From an uncultured Actinomycetes bacterium (GTDB lineage Bacteria > Actinomycetota > UBA4738 > HRBIN12): a stretch of 64,000 nucleotides of DNA. The stretch spans positions 999,261-1,063,260 of the forward strand of contig CAVPIB010000004.1 of the NCBI GenBank assembly GCA_963704885.1. The letters run 5' to 3'. Below, in pieces: positions 1 through 8,838 of this stretch (position 1 is the first letter of the stretch; each line of letters starts with the position of its first letter). The notes below the pieces were generated by a model. That model had not been told where the DNA came from, searched no databases, and was given only the letters and a program-made list of their open reading frames with translations. The translations under genes were made by a program, and so were the position numbers.

Positions 1-1
1 G

Positions 2-838
2 GAGCGGTGGCTCGCGCCACTCTGTCGCGGCGAGTCGCTCGGCTCGTTCGCGCTCACCGAGCCGGGAGCGGGGTCCGACGCCGCCGCCACGAGCACCACG
101 GCCCGGGAGGACGACGGAGATTGGACGATCGACGGCACCAAGGCCTTCATCACGAACAGCGGCACGCCTATCACGGCGTTCCACGTAGTGGTCGCCGCGA
201 CCGAGCCCGGCGGCGGCACGCGCGGGCTCTCGACCATCGTCGTGCCCGCCGACTCGCCCGGCCTCACCGTAGACCCCGCCTATCGCAAGCTGGGCTGGCA
301 CGCCAGCGACACGCACGGTCTCACGTTCCAGGACTGCCGCGTGCCCATGGATCACCTGCTTGGCGAGCGGGGGAAGGGCTTCTCCCAGTGCCTGGAGATC
401 CTGACAGAAGCACGGATCACGGTGGCCGCCCTCGCGGTGGGACTCGCGCAGGCGTGCATGGAGGCGAGCGTGGCCTACGCGAAGGAGCGCGAGGCGTTCG
501 GGCGGCCAATCGGCGCGTACCAGGCCACCCAGATGAAGATCGCCGACATGCGCGCCAAGACCGAGACCGCGCGCTTGGCTACGTACCGGGCGGCATGGCT
601 GAAGGATCAGGGCCGGCCCCACGTGGCCGAGGCGTCGATCGCGAAGCTCGTCGCCAGCGAGACGGCGGTCGAGTGCGCGCGCGAGGCCGTGCAGATCCAC
701 GGCGCGTCCGGATACAGCGAGGACCTCCCGATCGCGCGCTACTACCGCGACGCGAAGGTGCTGGAGATCGGCGAGGGCACCAGCGAGATCCACCGGCTGA
801 TCCTGGCTCGCGACCTCGGCCTGCCCGACACGTTCTGA
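2..838 (+). CDS. acyl-CoA dehydrogenase, C-terminal part (about 279 aa; the 5' end lies upstream of the window)
   Basis: Frame 2 is open from the window edge. Its translation reads ...ESLGSFALTEPGAGSDAAATSTTA..DWTIDGTKAFITNSG... and ends ...YYRDAKVLEIGEGTSEIHRLILARDLGL, the typical acyl-CoA dehydrogenase C-terminal signature. The listed 7..1392 ORF is a different-frame artefact spanning this gene and the next. Confidence 0.85.
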   Translation, partial: ERWLAPLCRGESLGSFALTEPGAGSDAAATSTTAREDDGDWTIDGTKAFITNSGTPITAFHVVVAATEPGGGTRGLSTIVVPADSPGLTVDPAYRKLGWHASDTHGLTFQDCRVPMDHLLGERGKGFSQCLEILTEARITVAALAVGLAQACMEASVAYAKEREAFGRPIGAYQATQMKIADMRAKTETARLATYRAAWLKDQGRPHVAEASIAKLVASETAVECAREAVQIHGASGYSEDLPIARYYRDAKVLEIGEGTSEIHRLILARDLGLPDTF

Positions 839-1392
839 TGCCGGCGGGCACATACGCGATCCTCGGTGACGACGGGCAGAAGGTCGGGACCGAGTCGTTC
901 CGTTGCGCTCCGGGGCCCATGGGCTGGAGGTACTTCGCCGAGATCGAGACCTCCGAGAACGGCCAGCACCATGAGGTCGTAGACATCGTGGTCGATGCCG
1001 AATGGCGGATCGTCCGCATGCGTATCGACTCGGGCGAGCACCAGCTGCTCCTGGAGCCGTCCGGCGGCGAGCACCTCGACTACCTCACTCCGGCGACGAA
1101 TCTCATCACGACGAAGCGCCTGACCGGCACGACCGAGCTCGACGTCGTCTTCATCGAACCGTTCACGCTGGAGCAGGTTCGCGAGCGCCAGCGGTACGAG
1201 CTGCGCGGGGAGGAGCTGATCGACACGCCTGTCGGCCGGTTCGAGGCCGTTAGGTGGACGTACACGTCGCTGGCGAGCGGGTGGTCGAGCGACCTGTGGG
1301 TAGCGGACGAAGTCGTCGTCCGCTACGCCCGGATATTCGAGCTGAACGAGTACGACCCTGGGGCGAGCGGCCCCCGGGTCATTGGTCCCTGA
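838..1392 (+). CDS. hypothetical protein (184 aa) translationally coupled to the acyl-CoA dehydrogenase
   Basis: The ATG at 838 overlaps the upstream TGA (cTGATGcc). The frame is open to 1392 with high GC3. No motif was recognised. Confidence 0.55.
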   Translation: MPAGTYAILGDDGQKVGTESFRCAPGPMGWRYFAEIETSENGQHHEVVDIVVDAEWRIVRMRIDSGEHQLLLEPSGGEHLDYLTPATNLITTKRLTGTTELDVVFIEPFTLEQVRERQRYELRGEELIDTPVGRFEAVRWTYTSLASGWSSDLWVADEVVVRYARIFELNEYDPGASGPRVIGP

Positions 1393-1442
1393 GACGCCCT
1401 ACTCGGTTCTCAGCAGCTCCACGCTGAACCCAGACCGAGCCT

Positions 1443-1580
1443 GTCAACCGGTTGACACCTCGCGCCTGTCGCAACGCCGCCGGCTGGAAACAGGTTGACG
1501 GGCATCGTCGCAGGTCGCACATGTCGACCAGTGGACACCCACGGCCCGCCGCACCGCTGGCTCGCGTCAACCGGTTGACA
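1443..1580. promoter_or_regulatory. array of four spaced palindromic sites with consensus TGTCAACCGGTTGACA; candidate transcription-factor operator array
   Basis: Perfect 16-bp palindrome at 1443-1458 and a 15/16 copy at 1565-1580. Degenerate copies at 1485-1500 (12/16) and 1522-1537 (13/16). Centre-to-centre spacing is 42, 37 and 43 bp. The array sits between two convergent 3' ends. Confidence 0.5.
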
Positions 1581-1615
1581 CAACCCGCGCAGCGGCACCA
1601 GACGGTCCCCTCTCG

Positions 1616-2989
1616 CTAGCCCTCCAACGCCTCGTCGGCGATCAGCAGCGCTCGGTCGATGATCTCGAACCCCTCGCCCAGCTGCTCCTCCGTGATCGGC
1701 AGCGGCGGGTTGGTCATCAGGTTCCACCAATGGGTCATGGTGTAGAGGCCGTTGTCGAGCAGGAACCGAGCCACATCGGCCATGACCGGACTCGTCGTAT
1801 TGAACGCCGAGATCGGCTCCATGGTCTCGCGGTTCTTCACCAGATCCAGGCACCCGAACAACCCGATGTTGCGGACCGCTCCGACTGATGGATGCTTGTC
1901 CTTCAGCTCCTGATGGTGGCGGGCCATCACATCGCCCATCTTGCGGGTGTGCTCGATCAGACCGTCCTCTTCGTACACCGCGATCGTAGCGAGCGCCGCC
2001 GCCACGCCGAGCGGATGCGTGTTGTAAGTCAGACCGCCCCAGAACACGTTCTCCTGGAAATGGGCCGCCACGTGGGGCGCCAGCCCCAGCGCGCCGAGCG
2101 GCGCGTACGACGACGTCAAACCCTTGGCGCACGCGATGATGTCCGGCACCACATCCCAGTGGTTCACCGCGAACCACTCTCCGGTCCGTCCGAAGCCGCA
2201 CATGACCTCGTCGCTCACCATCAGGATCCCGTACTCGGTGCACAGCTCGCGGACACCCTGCAGGTAACCATCGGGCGGGATCAGGATCCCGTTCGTCCCG
2301 GTGACCGTCTCGATGAAGAACGCAGCGACGGTCGAGGCTCCCTCCAGCTGGATCGTTTCCTCCAGCCGCGCAAGCGCCGTCGCGGCGTCGTCCGCCGGCT
2401 GATCGGGGCCGTGGTACGGATCCAGCACGTGCACCACCCCCGACAGCGCCGGTTCGTTCGCCCAGCGTCGTGGGTCGCCCGTCAGCGTCATGGCGCCCGT
2501 GGTGGCGCCGTGGTACGAGCGATAGCGCGCCATCACCTTGTGGCGGCCGGTGACCATCCGCGCGATCTTGATCGCGTTCTCATTCGCCTCGGCTCCGCCC
2601 AGGGTGAAGAAGGACTTCTCGATGTCACCCGGGTAGAGCTCGGCCATCTTCTGACCCAGGAGCGCTCGCCCCTCGTAGGCCATGAACGGCGAGATGTAGG
2701 TGAGGCGCTTGGCCTGCTCGTGCATCGCGTCGATCACGCGGCGATCGCCGTGACCGATGTTCACACCCATCAGCTGGCTGTTGAAGTCGATGTAGCGCTT
2801 GCCGTCCACGTCCCAGAAGTAGATCCCCTCGGCCCGGTCCACCGCGATGGGCGAGGCCTTCGACTGCGCCTGCCAGTCGTAGAGCGTGTAACGCTTCGAA
2901 AGCTCGACGATGCCCTGAGCGTCGAGCTTTCCTGGGTCCTCGGTCATATGGCTGGTCCCTCCTGACGGTTCACCTACTGATGTTGCCAC
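1616..2989 (-). CDS. class-III (omega-type) PLP-dependent aminotransferase
   Basis: 457-aa ORF. Class-III aminotransferase fold features include ...SDEVMCGFGRTGEWFA... and the Schiff-base lysine context AKGLTSSY. A possible alternative start is the MTEDPGK Met at 2947. Confidence 0.88.
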   Translation of the reverse strand: MATSVGEPSGGTSHMTEDPGKLDAQGIVELSKRYTLYDWQAQSKASPIAVDRAEGIYFWDVDGKRYIDFNSQLMGVNIGHGDRRVIDAMHEQAKRLTYISPFMAYEGRALLGQKMAELYPGDIEKSFFTLGGAEANENAIKIARMVTGRHKVMARYRSYHGATTGAMTLTGDPRRWANEPALSGVVHVLDPYHGPDQPADDAATALARLEETIQLEGASTVAAFFIETVTGTNGILIPPDGYLQGVRELCTEYGILMVSDEVMCGFGRTGEWFAVNHWDVVPDIIACAKGLTSSYAPLGALGLAPHVAAHFQENVFWGGLTYNTHPLGVAAALATIAVYEEDGLIEHTRKMGDVMARHHQELKDKHPSVGAVRNIGLFGCLDLVKNRETMEPISAFNTTSPVMADVARFLLDNGLYTMTHWWNLMTNPPLPITEEQLGEGFEIIDRALLIADEALEG

Positions 2990-3057
2990 ACGGCGGCTAG
3001 CGTCGGAACACGCTCGCGGGCTAGGCTGCCCGGACCGTTCCGATACAGGGGGAAACT

Positions 3058-4437
3058 ATGAGGCGGTTCTCGACCGGTGCGCTCGCTTTGTTGCTGATGG
3101 GGACCGTGGGGCCTGCGACGGCCTCCGCCGGGCCACCGGTCGACTCGATCGCGCCGTTCATCACGTCTGCTCGGCCGTATCTGATCTCGACCGACCCCGG
3201 CACCACGATCACCCCGATCCTGACGAGCGGCGAGGTGATCGACGGGACCGAGGGCCCCTTCCAGTTCACCGGGGTGCCCGACGGCATCGGCGCGTACGCG
3301 AGCGCCGCCGACCGGCTCGAGGTGTTCGTGAACCATGAGACCGCCTACGAGTGGGGCGACGCGTCCGACGCACGCGTCTCGCACGTGACCCTCGATCCCG
3401 ACATGCAAGTGGTGGACGCCACGTACCTGGTCGACGGCACCGAGGGTTACCAGTACTTCTGCTCGAGCACCCTCGACTACGTGGGAGACACGCCCTGGTA
3501 CTTCACCGGCGAGGAGTGGATCGGGGCCCCTAAGGGCGGCATCTCGATCGCGGTGAACACCGTGACCGGCCGCATCGTCGAGACCCCGCAGTTCGGGCAT
3601 CTCAACCATGAGAACGTGGTGCCGATCCAAGGTCTCGCGAAGTCGATGGTGTACCTCGCAGAGGATTCCTTCCGTCTGGAATCGCAGGCCTACGCCTACT
3701 ACAGCGCGTCGCTCTGGAAGGCGATCCACGGAGAAGGCACGTTCACCGTTTGGGTGCCCGATGACCAGGGTGACGGCAACCCGTCGGCGAACGACATCGC
3801 CAAGGGCGAGACGCTCGACGGCCGCTTCGTCTCCATCCCCAGCGCCGGGTCCTACTCGGGTCTCGAGCTGAACGAGGTCAGCGAGGACCTCGGTTCGTTC
3901 GACTTCGTGCGCATCGAGGACGCCGCTCACGACCCCGGCAACCCGGGCGTGATCTACCTCTCGGACACCGGGGCCAACAAGGCGGAAACGAAGAACGGTC
4001 GCATCTACCGGCTCACGGTCGACCCTGTGCATCCGCGGCGAGCGAGCCTGGAGGTCGTGCTGGACGGCGATGCGGGCGACGAACTTGTCAACCCCGACAA
4101 CCTGGGTATCAACGAGACGACGCTCGTGATCCAGGAGGATCGCAACAGCGCCAAGTCGGGGTACGCGCGCGTGCGCGTCTACGACCTCGGCTCCGGGACG
4201 CTGACCGCCGTCGCTCGGCTCGACCCGTCGCAGCATTCGATCGACGCCGCAGGGGGACCCGGTGTGTGGGAATCCAGCGGCGTGGTCGATGTGAGCGACT
4301 TCTTCGGAGACGGGTACTGGCTGCTCGACGTTCAGGCGCACAAGACATCCGTGCTCCAGCAGGGTCCGACCCTCGAGTTGAACTCGGGGCGTGGACAGAG
4401 GGGGCAGCTCCTGTTGATACACATCGAGGGCACGTAG
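3058..4437 (+). CDS. secreted beta-propeller protein, PhoX/DUF839-like (putative phosphatase or phosphoesterase)
   Basis: N-terminal signal peptide MRRFSTGALALLLMGTVGPATASA. Motifs FVRIEDAAHDPGNPGVIYLSDTG...NGRIYRL and NPDNLGINETTLVIQEDRNS resemble DUF839/PhoX. There is an SD (aggggg) 6 nt upstream of the ATG. Confidence 0.5.
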   Translation: MRRFSTGALALLLMGTVGPATASAGPPVDSIAPFITSARPYLISTDPGTTITPILTSGEVIDGTEGPFQFTGVPDGIGAYASAADRLEVFVNHETAYEWGDASDARVSHVTLDPDMQVVDATYLVDGTEGYQYFCSSTLDYVGDTPWYFTGEEWIGAPKGGISIAVNTVTGRIVETPQFGHLNHENVVPIQGLAKSMVYLAEDSFRLESQAYAYYSASLWKAIHGEGTFTVWVPDDQGDGNPSANDIAKGETLDGRFVSIPSAGSYSGLELNEVSEDLGSFDFVRIEDAAHDPGNPGVIYLSDTGANKAETKNGRIYRLTVDPVHPRRASLEVVLDGDAGDELVNPDNLGINETTLVIQEDRNSAKSGYARVRVYDLGSGTLTAVARLDPSQHSIDAAGGPGVWESSGVVDVSDFFGDGYWLLDVQAHKTSVLQQGPTLELNSGRGQRGQLLLIHIEGT

Positions 4438-4446
4438 GTCCTCGAT

Positions 4447-6819
4447 GTGAGTGAGCTTCAGGAGAGACCCTCCGGCGACCTCGATCCACTAGAGGAGCCA
4501 CCACCCCGGTTCTCTGCCGCCCTGGCGGAACGGATCGCGTCGGAGCGCTTCGGCATCCAGGGCGCCGCAGAGCCGCTGGACAGCGAGCGCGACCAGAACG
4601 TCCGGATCACGACGGCGGACGGAGAAGGCTACGTCCTCAAGATCAGCAACCCGGCGGAGGATGCCGGGTTCGTGGACATGCAGACGCAGGCGATGCTCCA
4701 TATCGCGCGCACCGACCCCGCCCTGCCGGTGATGCGGCTGATCCCCTCAGCCGACGATACGCATCACGTCGACGCGGAGGGGACCGATGGACGAAAGCAC
4801 ATCATCCGTCTGGTGACGCTGATGCCCGGCCGCAAGCTGGAGCCTCGCGATCTGGATCTGGAGGCCATCCACCACTTCGGCCAGATCTCGGCGCGCCTGG
4901 GCCGCGCCATGCGCGGCTTCTTCCACCCGGCGGCCGGGCACCCGCTGCTTTGGAACATCAAGCACGCCTTGGATCTTCGGCCCCTGGTGGAGAACGTCTC
5001 AGAGCCCGCACGAAGGGCGATCGTGAGCGACGTGCTCGACCGGTTCGAGGAGCACGTGCAACCTGCGTTCGATGGCCTTCGCGGACAGGTGATCCACAAC
5101 GACCTGACGTCGGACAACGTGTTGTTCGACGATGACCTGCGCATCAGCGGCGTCCTGGACTTCGGAGACATGGCGTACTCGGCACTGGTCTGCGATCTGG
5201 TCTCAACCGTCGAGGCGTTGATGGGCGAGCGCGACGATCCCTACGACGCGCTGCGCGCGGCGGTCGCGGGCTTCACCTCGGTGACGCCCTTGGAACCCGA
5301 CGAGATAGAGCTGTTGCCGGACCTGCTGTTGGCGCGATGGACCACGACGGCCGTCATCTCCGCATGGCGCGTCCGCCGCCACCCCGAGAACTCGGATTAC
5401 ATCACCGGATGGGACACGGGGGTGTGGGGCATGCTCGAGGCGTTCCACGACATCGGAGCCGCCGAGTTCCAACGGCGCGTGAACCAAGCGGTCGTCGACG
5501 CGGCGAGATCGTTCTTGCCGGGGACGGGGTCGGTTGAGGAGCTGATCGAACGACGGCGCCGGGTGCTGGGCTCCGCGATCTCGCCCCTGTCCTACGACCG
5601 CCCGCTCCACCTGATCGAAGGGCGCGGCGCATGGGTGACCGACGCGGAGGGGCGCACCTACCTGGACGCCTACAACAACGTGCCCGTCGTGGGCCACTGC
5701 CACCCGCACGTGGTCCAGGCGATCGCCCGGCAGGCCGCGACCCTGAACACGAACACGCGCTACCTGCATCGTTCCGCGCTCGATCTGGCCGAACGGCTGA
5801 TCGCGACCATGCCAGAGGGTCTGGACACGGTCATGTTCGTGAACTCCGGAAGCGAGGCGAACGACCTGGCGTGGCGCCTTGCGACCACGGTGACCGGCGC
5901 CACAGGAGGTCTGGTGACGGGGTTCGCGTACCACGGCGTCACATCGGTCATCGCCGATCTTTCGCCCGAGGAGTGGCGGGCCGGCTCAGCCCCGGAGCAC
6001 GTGGCGACCCTGCCCCCTCCCAACGGATACCGCGGCCTGTTCCGAGACGACGAGCCCGGGTGGATAGAGAGCTACGCGGCTTGCGTGGACGACGCGATCG
6101 CCTCGTTGGACGAGCGCGGGATCCGTCCCGCCGCCATGCTGATCGACTCCGGCTTCACGAGCGACGGGATCTTCACGCCGCCGCCCGAGTATCTGCTGGA
6201 CGTCGTACGAAGGTGGCGCGAGGCCGGCGGGTTGTTCGTGGCCGACGAGGTCCAGGTGGGCTACGGACGGACCGGCTCGAACCTGTGGGGGTTCGAGCGA
6301 CACGGGGTGACGCCCGACGTGGTCACGCTCGGCAAGCCCATGGGCAACGGCCACCCCGTGGCCGCTGTGGTGACACGCTCGGACATCGTGGATCGGTTCG
6401 CTGAGGAGACGGAGTGGTTCAGCACGTTCGGCGGCAATCCCGTGGCGTGCGAAGCGGGCCTGGCCGTATTGGACGTGATCGAGCAGGAGCAGCTGATCGT
6501 GAACGCCTCCGAGATGGGCGGGCATCTGATCGCCGGTCTCCGAGAGCTGGCGGCACGCCACCTGGTGATCGGCGACGTGCGAGCGCTCGGCCTGCTGATC
6601 GGAGTGGAGCTGGTCCGCGACCGCGGGTCGCGTGAGCCCGCTGCCCAGTGGACCGAGCGTGTCCAGAACGACATGCGCGAACGGGGGGTCCTGGTGGGAA
6701 CGACCGGTCGAGACGGGAACGTGCTCAAGATCCGCCCACCGCTGGTGATCTCCGAACGCGAGGCAGACCTGATAGTTGGAACGCTGGACGCGGCGCTGTC
6801 CGAGCTCAGCCGCTCTTGA
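4447..6819 (+). CDS. bifunctional fusion of an N-terminal APH-type (hydroxylysine-kinase-like) phosphotransferase and a C-terminal AGXT2L-type PLP phospho-lyase (class-III aminotransferase fold)
   Basis: The N-terminal half has the kinase catalytic loop HNDLTSDNVLF and a DFGD motif. The C-terminal half has NNVPVVGHCHPHVVQAIARQAATLNTNTRYLH, which closely matches the ETNPPL/PHYKPL signature, plus the class-III lysine region. It is a single 790-aa open frame. Confidence 0.85.
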   Translation: MSELQERPSGDLDPLEEPPPRFSAALAERIASERFGIQGAAEPLDSERDQNVRITTADGEGYVLKISNPAEDAGFVDMQTQAMLHIARTDPALPVMRLIPSADDTHHVDAEGTDGRKHIIRLVTLMPGRKLEPRDLDLEAIHHFGQISARLGRAMRGFFHPAAGHPLLWNIKHALDLRPLVENVSEPARRAIVSDVLDRFEEHVQPAFDGLRGQVIHNDLTSDNVLFDDDLRISGVLDFGDMAYSALVCDLVSTVEALMGERDDPYDALRAAVAGFTSVTPLEPDEIELLPDLLLARWTTTAVISAWRVRRHPENSDYITGWDTGVWGMLEAFHDIGAAEFQRRVNQAVVDAARSFLPGTGSVEELIERRRRVLGSAISPLSYDRPLHLIEGRGAWVTDAEGRTYLDAYNNVPVVGHCHPHVVQAIARQAATLNTNTRYLHRSALDLAERLIATMPEGLDTVMFVNSGSEANDLAWRLATTVTGATGGLVTGFAYHGVTSVIADLSPEEWRAGSAPEHVATLPPPNGYRGLFRDDEPGWIESYAACVDDAIASLDERGIRPAAMLIDSGFTSDGIFTPPPEYLLDVVRRWREAGGLFVADEVQVGYGRTGSNLWGFERHGVTPDVVTLGKPMGNGHPVAAVVTRSDIVDRFAEETEWFSTFGGNPVACEAGLAVLDVIEQEQLIVNASEMGGHLIAGLRELAARHLVIGDVRALGLLIGVELVRDRGSREPAAQWTERVQNDMRERGVLVGTTGRDGNVLKIRPPLVISEREADLIVGTLDAALSELSRS

Positions 6820-8044
6820 TGACCCGCCCGCCCTTCAACACGAATCGAACGTCCTCAAGCACCGACACGTCCTCCAGAGGATCGCCCTCGACCGCTATCA
6901 GGTCGGCCATCTGGCCGGGTGTGATCGACCCCACGCGGTCCTGCCATCCCATCAGCTCAGCGGCCACCAGCGTGGCGCTGCGGATCGCCTCGGCCGGTGT
7001 CTGACCAAGCCGGACCATATAGGCGAACTGCCGCGCGACGAACCGGTGCGGATAGACGCCGCTGTCGGTCCCGTATGCGATCTTCACGCCGGCCTTGACG
7101 GCCTTGGTGAATCCCTGGCGTTGTGCCTCCGTCGTCTCCTCGTTCTTGCGCATCACGTCGGCGGACCAACCGCCGCGCGCGCCCTCTTCGGCGATCCAGT
7201 CGCCGTCGTAGACGTCGGCCACCAGGTACGTGCCGTGGCTCGCCATCAGTTCGATCGACTCGTCGTCCATCAGCGAGCCGTGCTCGATCGAGCGGACGCC
7301 CGCCCGCACGGCGCGTTTGATGCCCTCGGCCCCATGCGCGTGCGCGGCGACGTGCGTGCCGATCAACCCGGCTTCCTGAACCGCCGCGCGGATCTCGTCC
7401 TCGCTGAACTCGGGCGCGCCGGGCGTGGTGCCCTCGGTCAGCACGGCGCCGGTCGCGATGACCTTGATGAAGTCCGCGCCACCGGCCAGGATGCGCCGGA
7501 CCGCCCGGCGGACCTCGTCGATCGAGTTCGACACGCCGAACCGCAGATCGATGGGCACGGTGGCGTCCACGTCGGGCGCCAAGCCGGTGACGTCTCCGCC
7601 ACCCCCCGAGACCGTCACGTAGGCGCCGGCGCAAAGCATGCGCGGGCCTGGGGTGTCGCCCGCATCTATCGCGTCGCGCAGCGCGCAGTCCACGAAAGCT
7701 CTGAACGTGCCCACGTCGCGCACCGACGTGAAGCCGGCCTCGAGGGTCTCACGCGCGTTGCGCACCCCCGACATGGCCTCCTGCGCCGCGGTCCGCATCA
7801 CGAGCCCCGCGTAGCCGAAGCCGGTCTCCATCTCTCCGATCATGTGGGCGTGACAGTCGATCAGGCCTGGGAGGACGGTCAGGTCGCCGAGGTGGAGGAT
7901 GCGGCTGGAGGTCTCTGCCGGCGCCTCTGACACCACGTCGACTATGCGTTCGCCCTCGGTCACGATCACGCGGCCGGCAAGGAGTTCTCCGCGCTCGACG
8001 TCGAGCATATGTCCAGCGTGGATGAGGGTTCGTTCAGCGGTCAT
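6806..8044 (-). CDS. amidohydrolase-family metal-dependent hydrolase
   Basis: 412 aa. HxH metal motif (IDCHAHM) and later HAHGAEGI...IEHGS amidohydrolase signatures. The 3' end overlaps the convergent fusion gene by 14 nt. Confidence 0.85.
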   Translation of the reverse strand: MTAERTLIHAGHMLDVERGELLAGRVIVTEGERIVDVVSEAPAETSSRILHLGDLTVLPGLIDCHAHMIGEMETGFGYAGLVMRTAAQEAMSGVRNARETLEAGFTSVRDVGTFRAFVDCALRDAIDAGDTPGPRMLCAGAYVTVSGGGGDVTGLAPDVDATVPIDLRFGVSNSIDEVRRAVRRILAGGADFIKVIATGAVLTEGTTPGAPEFSEDEIRAAVQEAGLIGTHVAAHAHGAEGIKRAVRAGVRSIEHGSLMDDESIELMASHGTYLVADVYDGDWIAEEGARGGWSADVMRKNEETTEAQRQGFTKAVKAGVKIAYGTDSGVYPHRFVARQFAYMVRLGQTPAEAIRSATLVAAELMGWQDRVGSITPGQMADLIAVEGDPLEDVSVLEDVRFVLKGGRVIKSG

Positions 8045-8838
8045 GGCGCGTCCGGCGGAGCATGTGGCCCGTGACGGACGGTCAGCGAGCCAAGCTCGGC
8101 GTCGATGAGCTCATACATCCGATCCCGATCGAACGACGGATCGTGCCCGCCGAACACGCGCCGAACGGGAAGCTCGCGGAGCCTCCTCAGCGAGGACGAC
8201 GCGGCGGCCGCATCGTCGAACCTCATGGGGCCGTCGTAGAGCGTGTCCCCGGTGAACAGCAGGCCCCGCCCACCGTCCCAGAGCGCCACGCTCCCGGGCG
8301 TGTGCCCAGGTACGTGGAGCACCTCCATCGTCTTGTCGCCCAGGTCCAGGATCTGTCCGTCCTCGACGAACGACGACGGCTCGGCGCCGGAGCTCACCCA
8401 TGCATCCAGGTCGAAGTCGGCCGAGGGCACCGCGGCGAGGATCGACTCCGGCACCGGCATCCCGTAGGAGGCGAACATCGCCTCGGCGCCCTCGGGGAAG
8501 TCGGCTCGCAGGACCTTCATCGGATAGGGCGAGCGGGTGTCCCCAGCGTCTGCCGCGTGGCAACGCCTGTCGTCGAACGCCGCCAGCCCCCCGACGTGAT
8601 CGAAGTGGCAATGAGTCACGACCGTGATGACGGCTCGATCTCCGGAGAGCGACGCGATCTCGACGGACAGCTCGCCGAATCCATTCGCCGTATCGATGAC
8701 CAGGTCCCTCTCGCTACCGCGCACGTGCCACACGTTGGAAGCGAGCAGAGGATCGGCGTGCGGCTCCGTGATCAGCGTGATGCCATCACCCATGTCTTCC
8801 TGATCGAACCACCTGTCCGCTACCGGGAGACTCGTCAC
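8041..8838 (-). CDS. MBL-fold metallo-hydrolase
   Basis: HCHFDHVGG (HxHxDH) motif. The stop overlaps the start of the amidohydrolase (ATGA), and the start overlaps the stop of the decarboxylase. Confidence 0.85.
   Translation of the reverse strand: MTSLPVADRWFDQEDMGDGITLITEPHADPLLASNVWHVRGSERDLVIDTANGFGELSVEIASLSGDRAVITVVTHCHFDHVGGLAAFDDRRCHAADAGDTRSPYPMKVLRADFPEGAEAMFASYGMPVPESILAAVPSADFDLDAWVSSGAEPSSFVEDGQILDLGDKTMEVLHVPGHTPGSVALWDGGRGLLFTGDTLYDGPMRFDDAAAASSSLRRLRELPVRRVFGGHDPSFDRDRMYELIDAELGSLTVRHGPHAPPDAP

Noticed and set aside
7-1392. 461-aa + strand ORF spanning the window start
   Set aside because: It is a frame-shadow artefact. It runs in a non-coding frame across the acyl-CoA dehydrogenase gene (true frame 2..838) and only becomes the real frame for the 838..1392 gene. 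The Arg/Gly/Pro-rich translation has no coding character upstream of 838.
1443-1580. Interpreting the TTGACA-containing palindromes as -35 promoter elements or a parS centromere
   Set aside because: No -10-like hexamer follows any TTGACA at 16-18 nt on either strand. The sequence differs from the canonical actinobacterial parS (tGTTTCACGTGAAACa). It is kept as an operator-like array instead.
1892-4422. Long antisense ORFs 1892..2965 (+) and 2974..4422 (-) opposite the aminotransferase and PhoX-like genes
   Set aside because: The translations are Arg/Val/His/Asp-rich and low-complexity, typical of antisense frames in high-GC DNA. The sense-strand genes have clear family motifs.
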